The notes: generated by a model not told the origin, from the sequence alone. Positions 54,105 to 62,538 are shown, numbered from the stretch's first letter. The stretch is DNA of 64,000 nucleotides from an uncultured bacterium (GCA_963705505.1 CAVPJU010000006.1:576001-640000); one strand, 5' to 3'. Translations and numbers: made by a program.

Positions 54105-54946
54105 TTACATCCGGTTGATTCTTGAAGGCTTGGTTATTTCCGAATCACCGTCTTCTCTGCTTTCCTCTCTCCCCCCGTTATTAAATGCGCCGTTGATCAG
54201 ATCGTAAACGGATCTCGCCAGATCCTTTCTTGAGGCCATTGATTGAGGGTCGATTTTATCGAGCAGCATTAATTCCACATCTATGGATTTAACCGGCAGC
54301 AGCTTGAACAGGTGATCGAAAAATTTCATGTCCCCGTAATAATGAACCAGGTCTCTGTTCTTTTCGGTGATCTCTTCTCCGTCGATGCTCCTGTATTTGA
54401 TGCATAGGGGTAAAATTTCCACGCCGGCTTTTTCGGCAATGCTTAACAAGGGGGTTTTAAATGGCAGGACCTGATCCCCGTTTGAAGTCGTCCCCTCGGG
54501 AAAAAGGGCCACATTGATCCCCATACTTAAAATCTCGGAAATCGATTCTATCTCGTTCCTGAGTCCCGATCTGTTCCTCCTCTCAACGAAGAACCCTCCG
54601 CTGAGCTCCGTGGCCTTACCGAGAAGGAACGAGCCTTTTACCTCATCCACGCTCGCTATAAAGGACGCTGGAAAGATCGAGGATATTACGAAGACATCCA
54701 GGTACGAGAGGTGGTTCGACAGGATCAGGAAATTTGTTTCGCCGCGGAGACCGCTTCCCCGGCTCTTCGGATGGACCTTGATGCCTAAGACCTTGATCAA
54801 GAGGACTGCGTGAAAGGCCATTGCCCTCGTGGACCAGTTTAATTTCCTTTTTCTATCTCTTGCTATGGTTCGAAGGACGGTGGTAACAGCCATATAGGAT
54901 GCGACTACGCAAAAAAAAAGATGAGTTTTACATATTTTCTAATCAT
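54105..54946 (-). CDS. olsA: Lyso-lipid O-acyltransferase (OlsA/PlsC-like); N-terminus out of frame at an A9 tract (54911-54919)
   Basis: NHLSYLD, FVERR, FPEGTTS; directly downstream of the olsB-like gene. ATG 54946 overlaps the olsB end, and one extra T restores an N-terminus collinear with the paralog at 6027. Confidence 0.7.
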
Positions 54947-55799
54947 TCGATGCCTTGTATCTTTTTTCAAAGGATTTGGAAAGAACCTCGAGGTCGAGGA
55001 CCGTAAAGAAATCTGCGCATTTGAATTTTTTGTCGAGCGCCGGCTCTCCGCAAATTACCGATCCCGCTTTTAAGTAGCTCTTGAGAAGGGGAGGGATGAA
55101 ATCCTCGATCGATTCCGTCTTGATCGCGAACTTATCAAAAGCGCCTAAATAGTAGTCGAGCTCCTTGATCCTGTGATTTTCTTTAGGAAAAACCCTGAAG
55201 TTCTCGGGGGACAGGTAGAGCTCTTTTATATATTTGTAAATAAGACTGATTTCGACGATATTTGTAGTGCCGATACTTGAACACCCGAAGAGATATTTTG
55301 CATTGATCTTCCTGAAATATTCGGATAACCCTTTCCACAGAAGGGCTATCCCTATACCGTTCCTGTAATCCCTGTGGACGCACGCTCTCCCCAGTTCGAG
55401 CTTAATGCCCTCGGCGTTTTTAACCTGGTCGATCGCAAACTCGGTCTCCGAATAAAATTTGTCCGAAAAAGTAGAGGAGATAAATCTGTACGTCCCTACA
55501 ACCGTGTTGTGCTTTTTGTCCAGAATGATTAAGTGGTCGCAAAGAGAGTCGAACTTGTCAATATCGGTCCTGGAAAAGTTATCTTTATTGAGTGTTTCCT
55601 TGTAAAAGACCTCGTACCTGAGGTTCAAGGCTTTTTCGAGCTCGAAAATGTTTTCAACCGTTTTGATCACGAACTTGTTGCTTTCAATCAAAAGAGGAAC
55701 CTTTGGCTTAAACTGTCTTAACTTCCAGCGGAAAGCTCTTCTCAGAACGTTTGAAGAGGTAACCGTATTTGTTAGAGACATCACTTTTTTTGCCAGCAT
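54939..55799 (-). CDS. olsB: GNAT N-acyl amino acid synthase, OlsB-like (ornithine lipid)
   Basis: LRYEVF, D.DKFD..CDHL, VVGTYR, ELGRACVHRDYR, LLWKGL, YLFGCSS, PPLLKSYL, CGEPALD. Confidence 0.8.
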   Translation of the reverse strand: MLAKKVMSLTNTVTSSNVLRRAFRWKLRQFKPKVPLLIESNKFVIKTVENIFELEKALNLRYEVFYKETLNKDNFSRTDIDKFDSLCDHLIILDKKHNTVVGTYRFISSTFSDKFYSETEFAIDQVKNAEGIKLELGRACVHRDYRNGIGIALLWKGLSEYFRKINAKYLFGCSSIGTTNIVEISLIYKYIKELYLSPENFRVFPKENHRIKELDYYLGAFDKFAIKTESIEDFIPPLLKSYLKAGSVICGEPALDKKFKCADFFTVLDLEVLSKSFEKRYKASND

Positions 55800-55849
55800 G
55801 CATATCTCCGATTTGTGTGTTAACTGTTTAATACCACTTTAATGTTTAA

Positions 55850-55882
55850 ACCGTATTAAGCATCTATGAATTCTATGTTTAT
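55850..55882 (-). promoter_or_regulatory. Weak Pho-box-like array upstream of olsB
   Basis: Minus strand ATAAACATAGA ATTCATAGATG CTTAATACGGT at 11-bp period; no clear -10 at the usual spacing. Confidence 0.4.
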
Positions 55883-55975
55883 AAAATGTATCAATTATAT
55901 CAAATAAATAGGCATAAAGTCCAGTTATGGCAGCCGACCGAAAATGAATAGTATATTCGGTTTTTGAACTTTCGC

Positions 55976-56019
55976 TTTAATACATTTTTAATATTCCCTT
56001 AACGACAGTGATTTACAAT
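55976..56019 (+). promoter_or_regulatory. Pho-box-like array plus -10
   Basis: TTTAATACATT TTTAATATTCC CTTAACGACAG tgatt TACAAT. Confidence 0.7.
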
Positions 56020-56043
56020 GCATATCGCAAACGGGAAAGAGTC

Positions 56044-56360
56044 ATGAAATGTACGAAAAATAGTTTTATCTGCCGTGCTTGGAATAACTGTTAGTATCGA
56101 ATATAATTGGATTTTTAAGAACGGACGGGTTCTCGCGCCGGACTAAACCGTTTCGGATTTAAATAAAATGCGGACCAGGCACGGCTATATTGAAATGTTG
56201 AAAAAAGATAGAGTGTGCGGCGCTAGGTCATTGGCGGGTCCGCAAGTCAATTTTATAAGCCTGCGGGAATGGCTGAGGCCCGGATGTGCGCCGGACCCGG
56301 CGGGGTGATATACTCTTTAGGAGTACGGAATTGCGCCGCGGTATAGTAGAATACCGGATG
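56044..56360 (+). pseudogene. Decayed PlcP/LpxH-like metallophosphoesterase relic
   Basis: Fragments in correct order across frames: RKIVLSAV-LG, LDF, HG, SLA..VNFIS, GVIY, NCAA-IVEY; about half normal length, with stops. Confidence 0.5.
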
Positions 56361-56410
56361 ACGCCTTGTTTGGATGAATTTCTCGCGGGCTAGTAACAAA
56401 TGAGCTGATA

Positions 56411-57472
56411 ATGAAAGTATTGCTCGGAATACAAGGTACGGGAAATGGTCATATCTCCCGGTCAAGAGAGCTGTTGAAGTATCTTCTAAAGCGTGTCGAT
56501 GTGGACGTGCTCGTGAGCGGCTACCATCATGAGGTCGATCCCGGATTCGAAGTCAAATATAAGCTCCCGGGCCTGGGATTCACGTTCGGAAAACGGGGAG
56601 GGATCGATTACTGGAATTCTATCAGAAACTTCAGCCCGTATAAATTGCTCTCGGATATATATAAGATTCCAGTCGACAAATATGATCTTGTCGTCAGCGA
56701 TTTTGAGCCTGTCAGCGCCTGGTCCTCGAAGTTAAAGGGGGCTCCCTGTGTTTCTATCTCTCACCAGGCATCATTCCTGTCTCCGAATATACCGAGACCG
56801 CCGCAAAAAAACCGTGTCCAGGAGCTCATAATCAAATGGTATGCCCCCTCACCGGCCCATATCGGACTCCATTTTCAGGAATACGACGATTTTATTTTTA
56901 CGCCGATAATAAGGGAGGAAATAAGACATACCGATGTGAAAAATAACGGGCACTATACGGTATATCTGCCGTCTTACGATTACAGGTTTCTGTCCGCCGT
57001 ATTAAAGAAAATAGACGTAAGGTGGGAAGTGTTCTCAAAACATCACAAGGGGGAGCCGTACAAGGACTCGAACGTCACCGTTTACCCGGTAAACAACGGG
57101 GATTTCGTGAGAAGCCTGTCGACTTGCGAGGGCATATTGTGCAATGCCGGATTCGAAACGCCCGCAGAAACACTTTACCTCGGGAAGAAACTCATGGTTA
57201 TTCCGATGAAGAGACAGTACGAGCAGCAGTGTAATGCCGAAGCCCTCGATAGGCTGGGTATACCTGTAGTCAGGGGGATGCATAACGGATTTGAGAATAT
57301 TCTTAGCGACTGGATCAACTCAACTTTTGTCTATAACGCTAACTACAAAAACAATCTGCCCTTAATTGTCGAAAGAATACTAGACAGCTCTTCTAAAGCC
57401 GATGTGTTGAATGATTATATTTCTGATCCGGATTTAAATAAAGATGGGGTAGGCTTGGGGCCCACCAAATAA
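56411..57472 (+). CDS. GT-B glycosyltransferase, MJ1255/VC2487-like family
   Basis: GIQGTGNGHISR, YDLVVSDFEP, ISHQ, TVYLP, NAGFETPAE, EQQCNA. Confidence 0.82.
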   Translation: MKVLLGIQGTGNGHISRSRELLKYLLKRVDVDVLVSGYHHEVDPGFEVKYKLPGLGFTFGKRGGIDYWNSIRNFSPYKLLSDIYKIPVDKYDLVVSDFEPVSAWSSKLKGAPCVSISHQASFLSPNIPRPPQKNRVQELIIKWYAPSPAHIGLHFQEYDDFIFTPIIREEIRHTDVKNNGHYTVYLPSYDYRFLSAVLKKIDVRWEVFSKHHKGEPYKDSNVTVYPVNNGDFVRSLSTCEGILCNAGFETPAETLYLGKKLMVIPMKRQYEQQCNAEALDRLGIPVVRGMHNGFENILSDWINSTFVYNANYKNNLPLIVERILDSSSKADVLNDYISDPDLNKDGVGLGPTK

Positions 57473-57545
57473 TACCGCAGTCCGCTTTTAGCTTTTTCTA
57501 TCCGATCTTTTACTCGGTCCCCGGCGATTTATATTTCTGAGACTG

Positions 57546-58121
57546 TTACTGTTTACTTGTAAGATAATTTGATACCAGAGACAGACTTACCAGCTTCTCC
57601 GCTATGTTCTTATATAATTCCCCGATCTTTAGTAAATTTATCACCTCGTCTATATTGTGCCAATCCTGAATCAGGTATGTGAGGAGGACCCTCTTGTGCT
57701 GGTCTTCCAATGATTCGATAAACTCATAGTCCTCTCCCAATCTCTTGGTATCGAACTTCTCATACCAGTTTTTGCATTCCACCAGCGTTATTATGTGCGG
57801 GAGCAATATATCGAGCATTTGTTTTGTGTCGATCTCGGGACATATGGGCTTTCTCGATTTCAGGTTTTCCATCAGCTGCACGGAATACGTGAATTTGTGG
57901 ATAATTGAAAGTATCAGCTTGAGTGCCGTAATATAGTAGACATCGTGTTCTTTCTTGCTATGCTCGATCGCCGTCTCGAGCTTGAGCTTAAGATGAATGA
58001 GGTCGTTTCTCAGGGAAATCAACTCATCTTCGCTTCTGGTATTGATATAATTCTTCGATTTCGAAATGAGTATTTCGAACTTGCCCTCTATTAAAGATCT
58101 GTCGAAATTTTCAGTTTCCAT
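57546..58121 (-). CDS. Hypothetical protein (helical, AT-rich)
   Basis: ~191-aa ORF with GAGGGG RBS and its own repeat-array promoter. Confidence 0.7.
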   Translation of the reverse strand: METENFDRSLIEGKFEILISKSKNYINTRSEDELISLRNDLIHLKLKLETAIEHSKKEHDVYYITALKLILSIIHKFTYSVQLMENLKSRKPICPEIDTKQMLDILLPHIITLVECKNWYEKFDTKRLGEDYEFIESLEDQHKRVLLTYLIQDWHNIDEVINLLKIGELYKNIAEKLVSLSLVSNYLTSKQ

Positions 58122-58161
58122 ATTCACCCCTCTTTAGTGTACGTCGGAATTACGTGGGGGT

Positions 58162-58205
58162 AGTGTATATGGGTTTTGTTAAGATTGTGTGAAGATCGTG
58201 TTAAG
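58162..58205 (-). promoter_or_regulatory. Pho-box-like array plus -10
   Basis: Minus strand CTTAACACGAT CTTCACACAAT CTTAACAAAAC ccata TACACT. Confidence 0.72.
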
Positions 58206-58290
58206 TATTCGGGCTCGAAGACTCGATAACGTTTTGCATGCAACCCGCTTTAAAATGGAATCGCATGTGATATAGAGTCCGCTCAGAGAA

Positions 58291-58375
58291 TAAAAAGGGT
58301 GAGTCCTGCGGGTCGGGACTCACCCTGATGTTTTACATTGCCCGGTGAGAGAGACGGGCAATCAAATAGCAGATG
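58291..58375 (-). ncRNA. Candidate small RNA 2 (~85 nt), under the 11-bp-repeat promoter
   Basis: Hairpin ATTGCCCG/CGGGCAAT with UCUCUCUCAC loop, then an 11-bp terminator stem + U-tract; own promoter; no ORF. Confidence 0.58.
58292..58326 (-). terminator. Rho-independent terminator
   Basis: AGGGTGAGTCC (58296-58306) / GGACTCACCCT (58316-58326); A-run at 58292-58296. Confidence 0.8.
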
Positions 58376-58380
58376 ATGTA

Positions 58381-58435
58381 ATACTAGCACTTCATTATTA
58401 AGATAATTTTATTTGCGAGTTAAGGCATCGTTAAC
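58381..58435 (-). promoter_or_regulatory. Pho-box-like array plus extended -10
   Basis: Minus strand GTTAACGATGC CTTAACTCGCA AATAAAATTAT CTTAATAATGA agtgc TAGTAT (TGn-TAGTAT). Confidence 0.68.
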
Positions 58436-58513
58436 CCGGTATAGGGAAGACATAATTGGTTTCCGCGAAATGCTCGACCGGGGTAGGGAAGCGCAAGGGA
58501 CGGATGTATGGCC

Positions 58514-59500
58514 TCACATGAGGTGGTTTACAAACTGGTCTGCAATCGACTTCCAGCTCTGCGTTTCGGCATGTTTGAGCGCATTATTCGACAAGCCTTC
58601 AATATTCGCGAAAGCCCTTTCGATATTCTCTTCGAGGCTTTCCCCGATATATCCCGTCACCCCGTTCTGGATTATGTCGTTCGGGCTCGGGACATCGTAG
58701 GCGACAACGGGTAAACCGCAAGCCATAGCCTCGAGTATTACTAATCCGAATGTATCGAATTTACTCGGGAAAACGAATACCTGAGCCTGAGTGTAAATAT
58801 TTTTCAGCTGATTATGAGGCACGTACCCGGTGAACTCGACATCGGGATACCTGGCTTTGAGAGTCTTGAGATACGGTCCGTCTCCGACAAGTATTTTTCT
58901 GTATCCGCGTATCGCGCAAAAATCATCGAGATTTTTATCCTTGCTCACCCTGCCTACCGTAATGATGGTTTTCTCTTTGAATGGCGTTGTCCTGTCTCCG
59001 GGATTAAACAGGTGAGTGTCGACTCCCCTCCCCCAGACGATACAGTTACTGAGACCAAGCTGCCTGGCTATGCTTTTCGTCGTCACGAGGACTTTCTTAC
59101 TGCACCTGTGAAACCACCTTACATATAACCATGTGAGGAACGTGGGCACGCCGTAAAGTACCCAGCCGTAGTCGGCCAGTCTCGTGTGATAGGACGTATT
59201 GTAGTTGATTTTATTTTTTCTGCAGAACTGCCGCATGGCCAGGCCGAGGCTCCCCTCGGTGGCTATGTGCACTCTGTCCGGGAGATGCTGATCATAATGT
59301 TTACTCACGATGTGGGACGCATTTTTCAGTATAGGGATGTTTCCCTGGAGCTTTAGCGGCAGGTGCTCGGAGCCTTCTATGTAGGGATTCAGAACGGCTA
59401 CTTCATGATCCCTGCTGATCAGATTCGTGATATAGCTCCAGGTATGGACTACACCGTTTACCTGGGGGTGCCAAGCGTCCGTGACGAGCATTATTTTCAT
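58514..59500 (-). CDS. GT4 glycosyltransferase, Agt-like glycosyl-diacylglycerol synthase
   Basis: MKIMLVTDAWHPQVNGVV, HIATEG.LG, YHT, WGRGVD, VGRVSKDKN, DTFGLVILEAMACG. Confidence 0.82.
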   Translation of the reverse strand: MKIMLVTDAWHPQVNGVVHTWSYITNLISRDHEVAVLNPYIEGSEHLPLKLQGNIPILKNASHIVSKHYDQHLPDRVHIATEGSLGLAMRQFCRKNKINYNTSYHTRLADYGWVLYGVPTFLTWLYVRWFHRCSKKVLVTTKSIARQLGLSNCIVWGRGVDTHLFNPGDRTTPFKEKTIITVGRVSKDKNLDDFCAIRGYRKILVGDGPYLKTLKARYPDVEFTGYVPHNQLKNIYTQAQVFVFPSKFDTFGLVILEAMACGLPVVAYDVPSPNDIIQNGVTGYIGESLEENIERAFANIEGLSNNALKHAETQSWKSIADQFVNHLM

Positions 59501-59549
59501 TTTATCAGGCTCCCGTGATCTGCACTTAGGTTAAGGAACGTTTTTAGGT

Positions 59550-60188
59550 TCACAGCGCGTTGGTCAGATATAAAATAATTATGACGGTCGCCGCTCCGAG
59601 AAAACTGCCCGCGAGTGTCTGCGGAAATGTATGCCTTCCGAGACGTATACGGGACCATGCAATTACCGGTACTATGAGCGTAAGGGGGAGAACGCTTTCT
59701 CCGTATAAAGCCAGCGTCAGAAAAGCGAGCCCGGCTGCCGAAGTGCAGTGACCGCTTATCTTCCATCTGAGCGTGATGACAAAAACAAGAAGTATTTGAA
59801 TGAGGGCTGCCGCAGTCACTATGAGCATCAGTCTGGGCGCTCCTGCCATATACATAACAAGGAAGACAAGGGCAACGTACGCCAGTATTACGAACAACGG
59901 CTGAGCGCGCTCCTCTCTTATATTCATGTGGAAATCACTTACTTTTCCCCTGTGAACGAGCGTAAGGACGTAAACCGTAGGGGGTATTATGAGCAGGGCA
60001 ATGAAAATTAATATCCAGAAGAAGGTGGACTCACCTTGAGTCGCCAGCGCAGTTATGATTATGCATGAAAGCGCTATAAGCGGCGGGCTGAACAAGTTCG
60101 AGATTATGCGCGCCGACTTGTCACGCCAGTCGAGCGGAATGATTATCGAATCGGACGGCTGTTGATAGAGTTTCTTGTCAGTTTCCAT
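59550..60188 (-). CDS. PAP2-like integral membrane phosphatase
   Basis: ~6 TM segments; KISGH and SRIRLGRHTFPQ (PAP2 motifs 2 and 3). Confidence 0.72.
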   Translation of the reverse strand: METDKKLYQQPSDSIIIPLDWRDKSARIISNLFSPPLIALSCIIITALATQGESTFFWILIFIALLIIPPTVYVLTLVHRGKVSDFHMNIREERAQPLFVILAYVALVFLVMYMAGAPRLMLIVTAAALIQILLVFVITLRWKISGHCTSAAGLAFLTLALYGESVLPLTLIVPVIAWSRIRLGRHTFPQTLAGSFLGAATVIIILYLTNAL

Positions 60189-60912
60189 TTTGAAGCTCTC
60201 TGCTCGAATTATATTGGGACCAGTATCCCCAGTCGTAACTCTTCCACTTGTCCGGGATCAGGTTGAAGTATAATGCGCTGCACCTGGTAATCGAGTGGAG
60301 GGTCTTTCTTATTACACCTCTTTCGAGCCGTCTGTGGTCTCCGGCGTATACTACTAAATCGAATGTAAAGTACGGCCTGTATCCCATACGCTTTAAACGC
60401 CAGGCAAGCTCCGAATCCTCATTACATGTAAGATCGAGGTCGAATCCCCCGGACATCTCATAAGCCTCCCTCTTGATAATGCAATTTGAACCCGAAACAG
60501 CAGGTACCCCGAGTAAGTGAATGAGACGCTGCCCGTAAGCAAACCATTTATAATAGGCACGAAAGCGGTCCAGGGAAAGCTTAGGTCCGTAAATCAGGTC
60601 GTATTCTTCGAGTTTCGCGATATTCCTGAAGTATGCCGCAGAAAAAACTATATCCGCGTCGGTAAAGAGCAGCCAGGGGGTTTTTGCAGCGTCGGCTCCT
60701 ATTCGCCGGGCTTCGGTGACAGTTCCGGGATGCCTGATAAGGTTAGTATAGTCCGGTCTCAGTGAAGAAACAATATCCGGCGTCGAATCTTCGCTTGCAT
60801 CAACAACAATGAGGTGAATGTCTTCGGGTACTGATTTTAGAAAATGACGTATATTATGAGACTCGTTTCTCGTGGGGAGGATTATAGTTAAGTCACCCGG
60901 TTTTATTCCCAT
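60178..60912 (-). CDS. GT2 glycosyltransferase
   Basis: IILPTRNE, IVVD, LLFTDAD, SGGFD, EDSEL; start placed at ATG 60912 because ATG 60921 abuts the predicted -10. Confidence 0.85.
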   Translation of the reverse strand: MGIKPGDLTIILPTRNESHNIRHFLKSVPEDIHLIVVDASEDSTPDIVSSLRPDYTNLIRHPGTVTEARRIGADAAKTPWLLFTDADIVFSAAYFRNIAKLEEYDLIYGPKLSLDRFRAYYKWFAYGQRLIHLLGVPAVSGSNCIIKREAYEMSGGFDLDLTCNEDSELAWRLKRMGYRPYFTFDLVVYAGDHRRLERGVIRKTLHSITRCSALYFNLIPDKWKSYDWGYWSQYNSSRELQNGN

Positions 60913-60922
60913 AACAATCATT

Positions 60923-60977
60923 ATTTTAATTACTATCTATTAAGCGGTGTTGAATTTCACGTTAATTTACCGTTAAA
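60923..60977 (-). promoter_or_regulatory. Pho-box-like array plus -10
   Basis: Minus strand TTTAACGGTAA ATTAACGTGAA ATTCAACACCG CTTAATAGATA gtaat TAAAAT. Confidence 0.72.
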
Positions 60978-61075
60978 AATCATTAAATATTCGAAACCGG
61001 CTCTAAATATCTATTGCAATAATTATAGATCATATACGGGCGTCGGAGAATTACTACGTAATCAACCCTATTTCC

Positions 61076-62260
61076 TCAATTTTTTGAAACGCTGCCCTTT
61101 TCAAAACTTATTTTTAACACCCCTTCTTCGAGATTCGCTTTCTCCACGTTCAGTTTCGCGAGGAAACTGGGCAGGAATATATTCCTCCTCTGATTCTCGA
61201 TCTGTATTGTGAGCTCCTCGCCCACCTGATGAAGCTTTACTTCTTCCTTGCTGACGAAGGGCAGTTTTAACATGAGGTGATAGACACCTTTTTCTTTAAC
61301 GACATCGTAAGGTTTTCCTTTATAAAAGATATCCACGGGGTCTTTCTTTGCGAACAGCGTGCTGCCGAATTCGAGGAGGGCGTCTATTCCGAGAACCTCC
61401 TTGGAAAACAGGGGCGCTTCGTGCAGAGGTATTGAGCTGAAAAGCTCTCCTACATCTTTTCTGTAATTCTCCTGGAATTTCTGCCATTCCTTAAAATAGG
61501 GATGGTCGAGTTCTTTCGGCATCGCCCTGTTCACTATAACGGAATCCACGTTATACCCGTAAAGATTAAGATAGGTATAAGCCCTTTGCGTTTCTTTTAT
61601 GACCATCTTTTCGAGATTAAGCACAAGTCTTATCGATGTAATCTCGGGGTTCGAAAATATCTTGTGAATTGAATTCAGTTTTTCGAAGAGATCCTCGATT
61701 GCAATGTACGTTTCTTCCTCCGGCAATGGCATATCGGATACGACTTTGACGGCGGGACGTACTACCTTCAATAGTCTCCTCTCAATCGGAAAGACCTTTA
61801 CTATCCACCACCTCGCCACATCCGGAAGGGAAAGGAGCCTTAAGGTCTCTCCGGTAGGAGCGCTGTCCACGATGATTACATCGTATTGTCCTTCCTTAAA
61901 GTGGCTGTAGACCCATAGAAAGCATGAAACTTCCTCCATGCCCGGAAAGATGCTGAATTCTTCCGCCAGAACGTCATCCACCTTCATCCAGTTGAACAGG
62001 GACTGAATGTACCCCGTTAATTTGCCCCAGTATTTATCGACCGAATAAAAAACATCGATCTCCTGTGCATAGAGATTCTTCATGATTTTTTTTGGCTCGG
62101 GTCCTATTTCCATGTCGAAAGAATCTCTCAAGCTGTGTGCCGGGTCCGTGGAGACGACTAGTGTTTTGTATCCCCGTTTTGCCGCCTGAAGCGCAGTTGC
62201 AGCCGCAGCCGTCGTCTTTCCCACCCCGCCCTTGCCGGTATATAAAATTATCCTTGTCAT
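61076..62260 (-). CDS. ArsA/GET3-family ATPase with C-terminal HSP20/alpha-crystallin-like domain (Get3d-like)
   Basis: GKGGVGKTT, STDPAHSL, PGMEE, DSAPTGETLRLL; single ATPase domain plus a ~65-aa beta tail LKLPFVSKEEVKL...RRNIFLP...LKISF. Confidence 0.85.
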   Translation of the reverse strand: MTRIILYTGKGGVGKTTAAAATALQAAKRGYKTLVVSTDPAHSLRDSFDMEIGPEPKKIMKNLYAQEIDVFYSVDKYWGKLTGYIQSLFNWMKVDDVLAEEFSIFPGMEEVSCFLWVYSHFKEGQYDVIIVDSAPTGETLRLLSLPDVARWWIVKVFPIERRLLKVVRPAVKVVSDMPLPEEETYIAIEDLFEKLNSIHKIFSNPEITSIRLVLNLEKMVIKETQRAYTYLNLYGYNVDSVIVNRAMPKELDHPYFKEWQKFQENYRKDVGELFSSIPLHEAPLFSKEVLGIDALLEFGSTLFAKKDPVDIFYKGKPYDVVKEKGVYHLMLKLPFVSKEEVKLHQVGEELTIQIENQRRNIFLPSFLAKLNVEKANLEEGVLKISFEKGSVSKN

Positions 62261-62335
62261 ATAAGTCCGTTAGTCCCGCCGTATTTCAATTTTCAGAGGG
62301 TTTGATTCACTTATAATAGTACCTTACTCTTTATC

Positions 62336-62363
62336 TTGACATAAATTGCGCGGAGCTTAATAT
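62336..62363 (+). promoter_or_regulatory. Sigma70 promoter of the small ORF
   Basis: TTGACA (62336-62341), 16-nt spacer, TAATAT (62358-62363). Confidence 0.5.
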
Positions 62364-62397
62364 ATTAATTCCGTATCTTTTATTCGAGGTAATAGAA

Positions 62398-62538
62398 ATG
62401 GCCGAAAAGGGTAATACCGAAAATCAGGGGAATTCTTACGACGCAATTTTTGCCTTACTGGCTTTCGCCTTAATTCTGGGTACCGCGCTACTCGCCATAG
62501 GCGGGATTTATTACAACTTTATCAACCCGGTTTTTTGA
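62398..62538 (+). CDS. Small (46 aa) single-TM membrane protein, absent from the ORF track
   Basis: MAEKGNTENQGNSYDAIFALLAFALILGTALLAIGGIYYNFINPVF*; GAGGT RBS 7 nt before the ATG; upstream promoter. Confidence 0.65.
   Translation: MAEKGNTENQGNSYDAIFALLAFALILGTALLAIGGIYYNFINPVF

Noticed and set aside
56044..56094. Cys-rich leader peptide MKCTKNSFICRAWNNC
   Set aside because: No attenuator structure seen; better explained as the frameshifted start of the plcP-like relic
59528..59535. Single CTTAACCT (minus) upstream of GT4
   Set aside because: No good in-phase second repeat and no -10 at the conserved spacing
61076..62260. Arsenic resistance (arsA) call
   Set aside because: Lacks the duplicated domains and metalloid-binding Cys cluster; no arsB/acr3/arsC/arsR nearby
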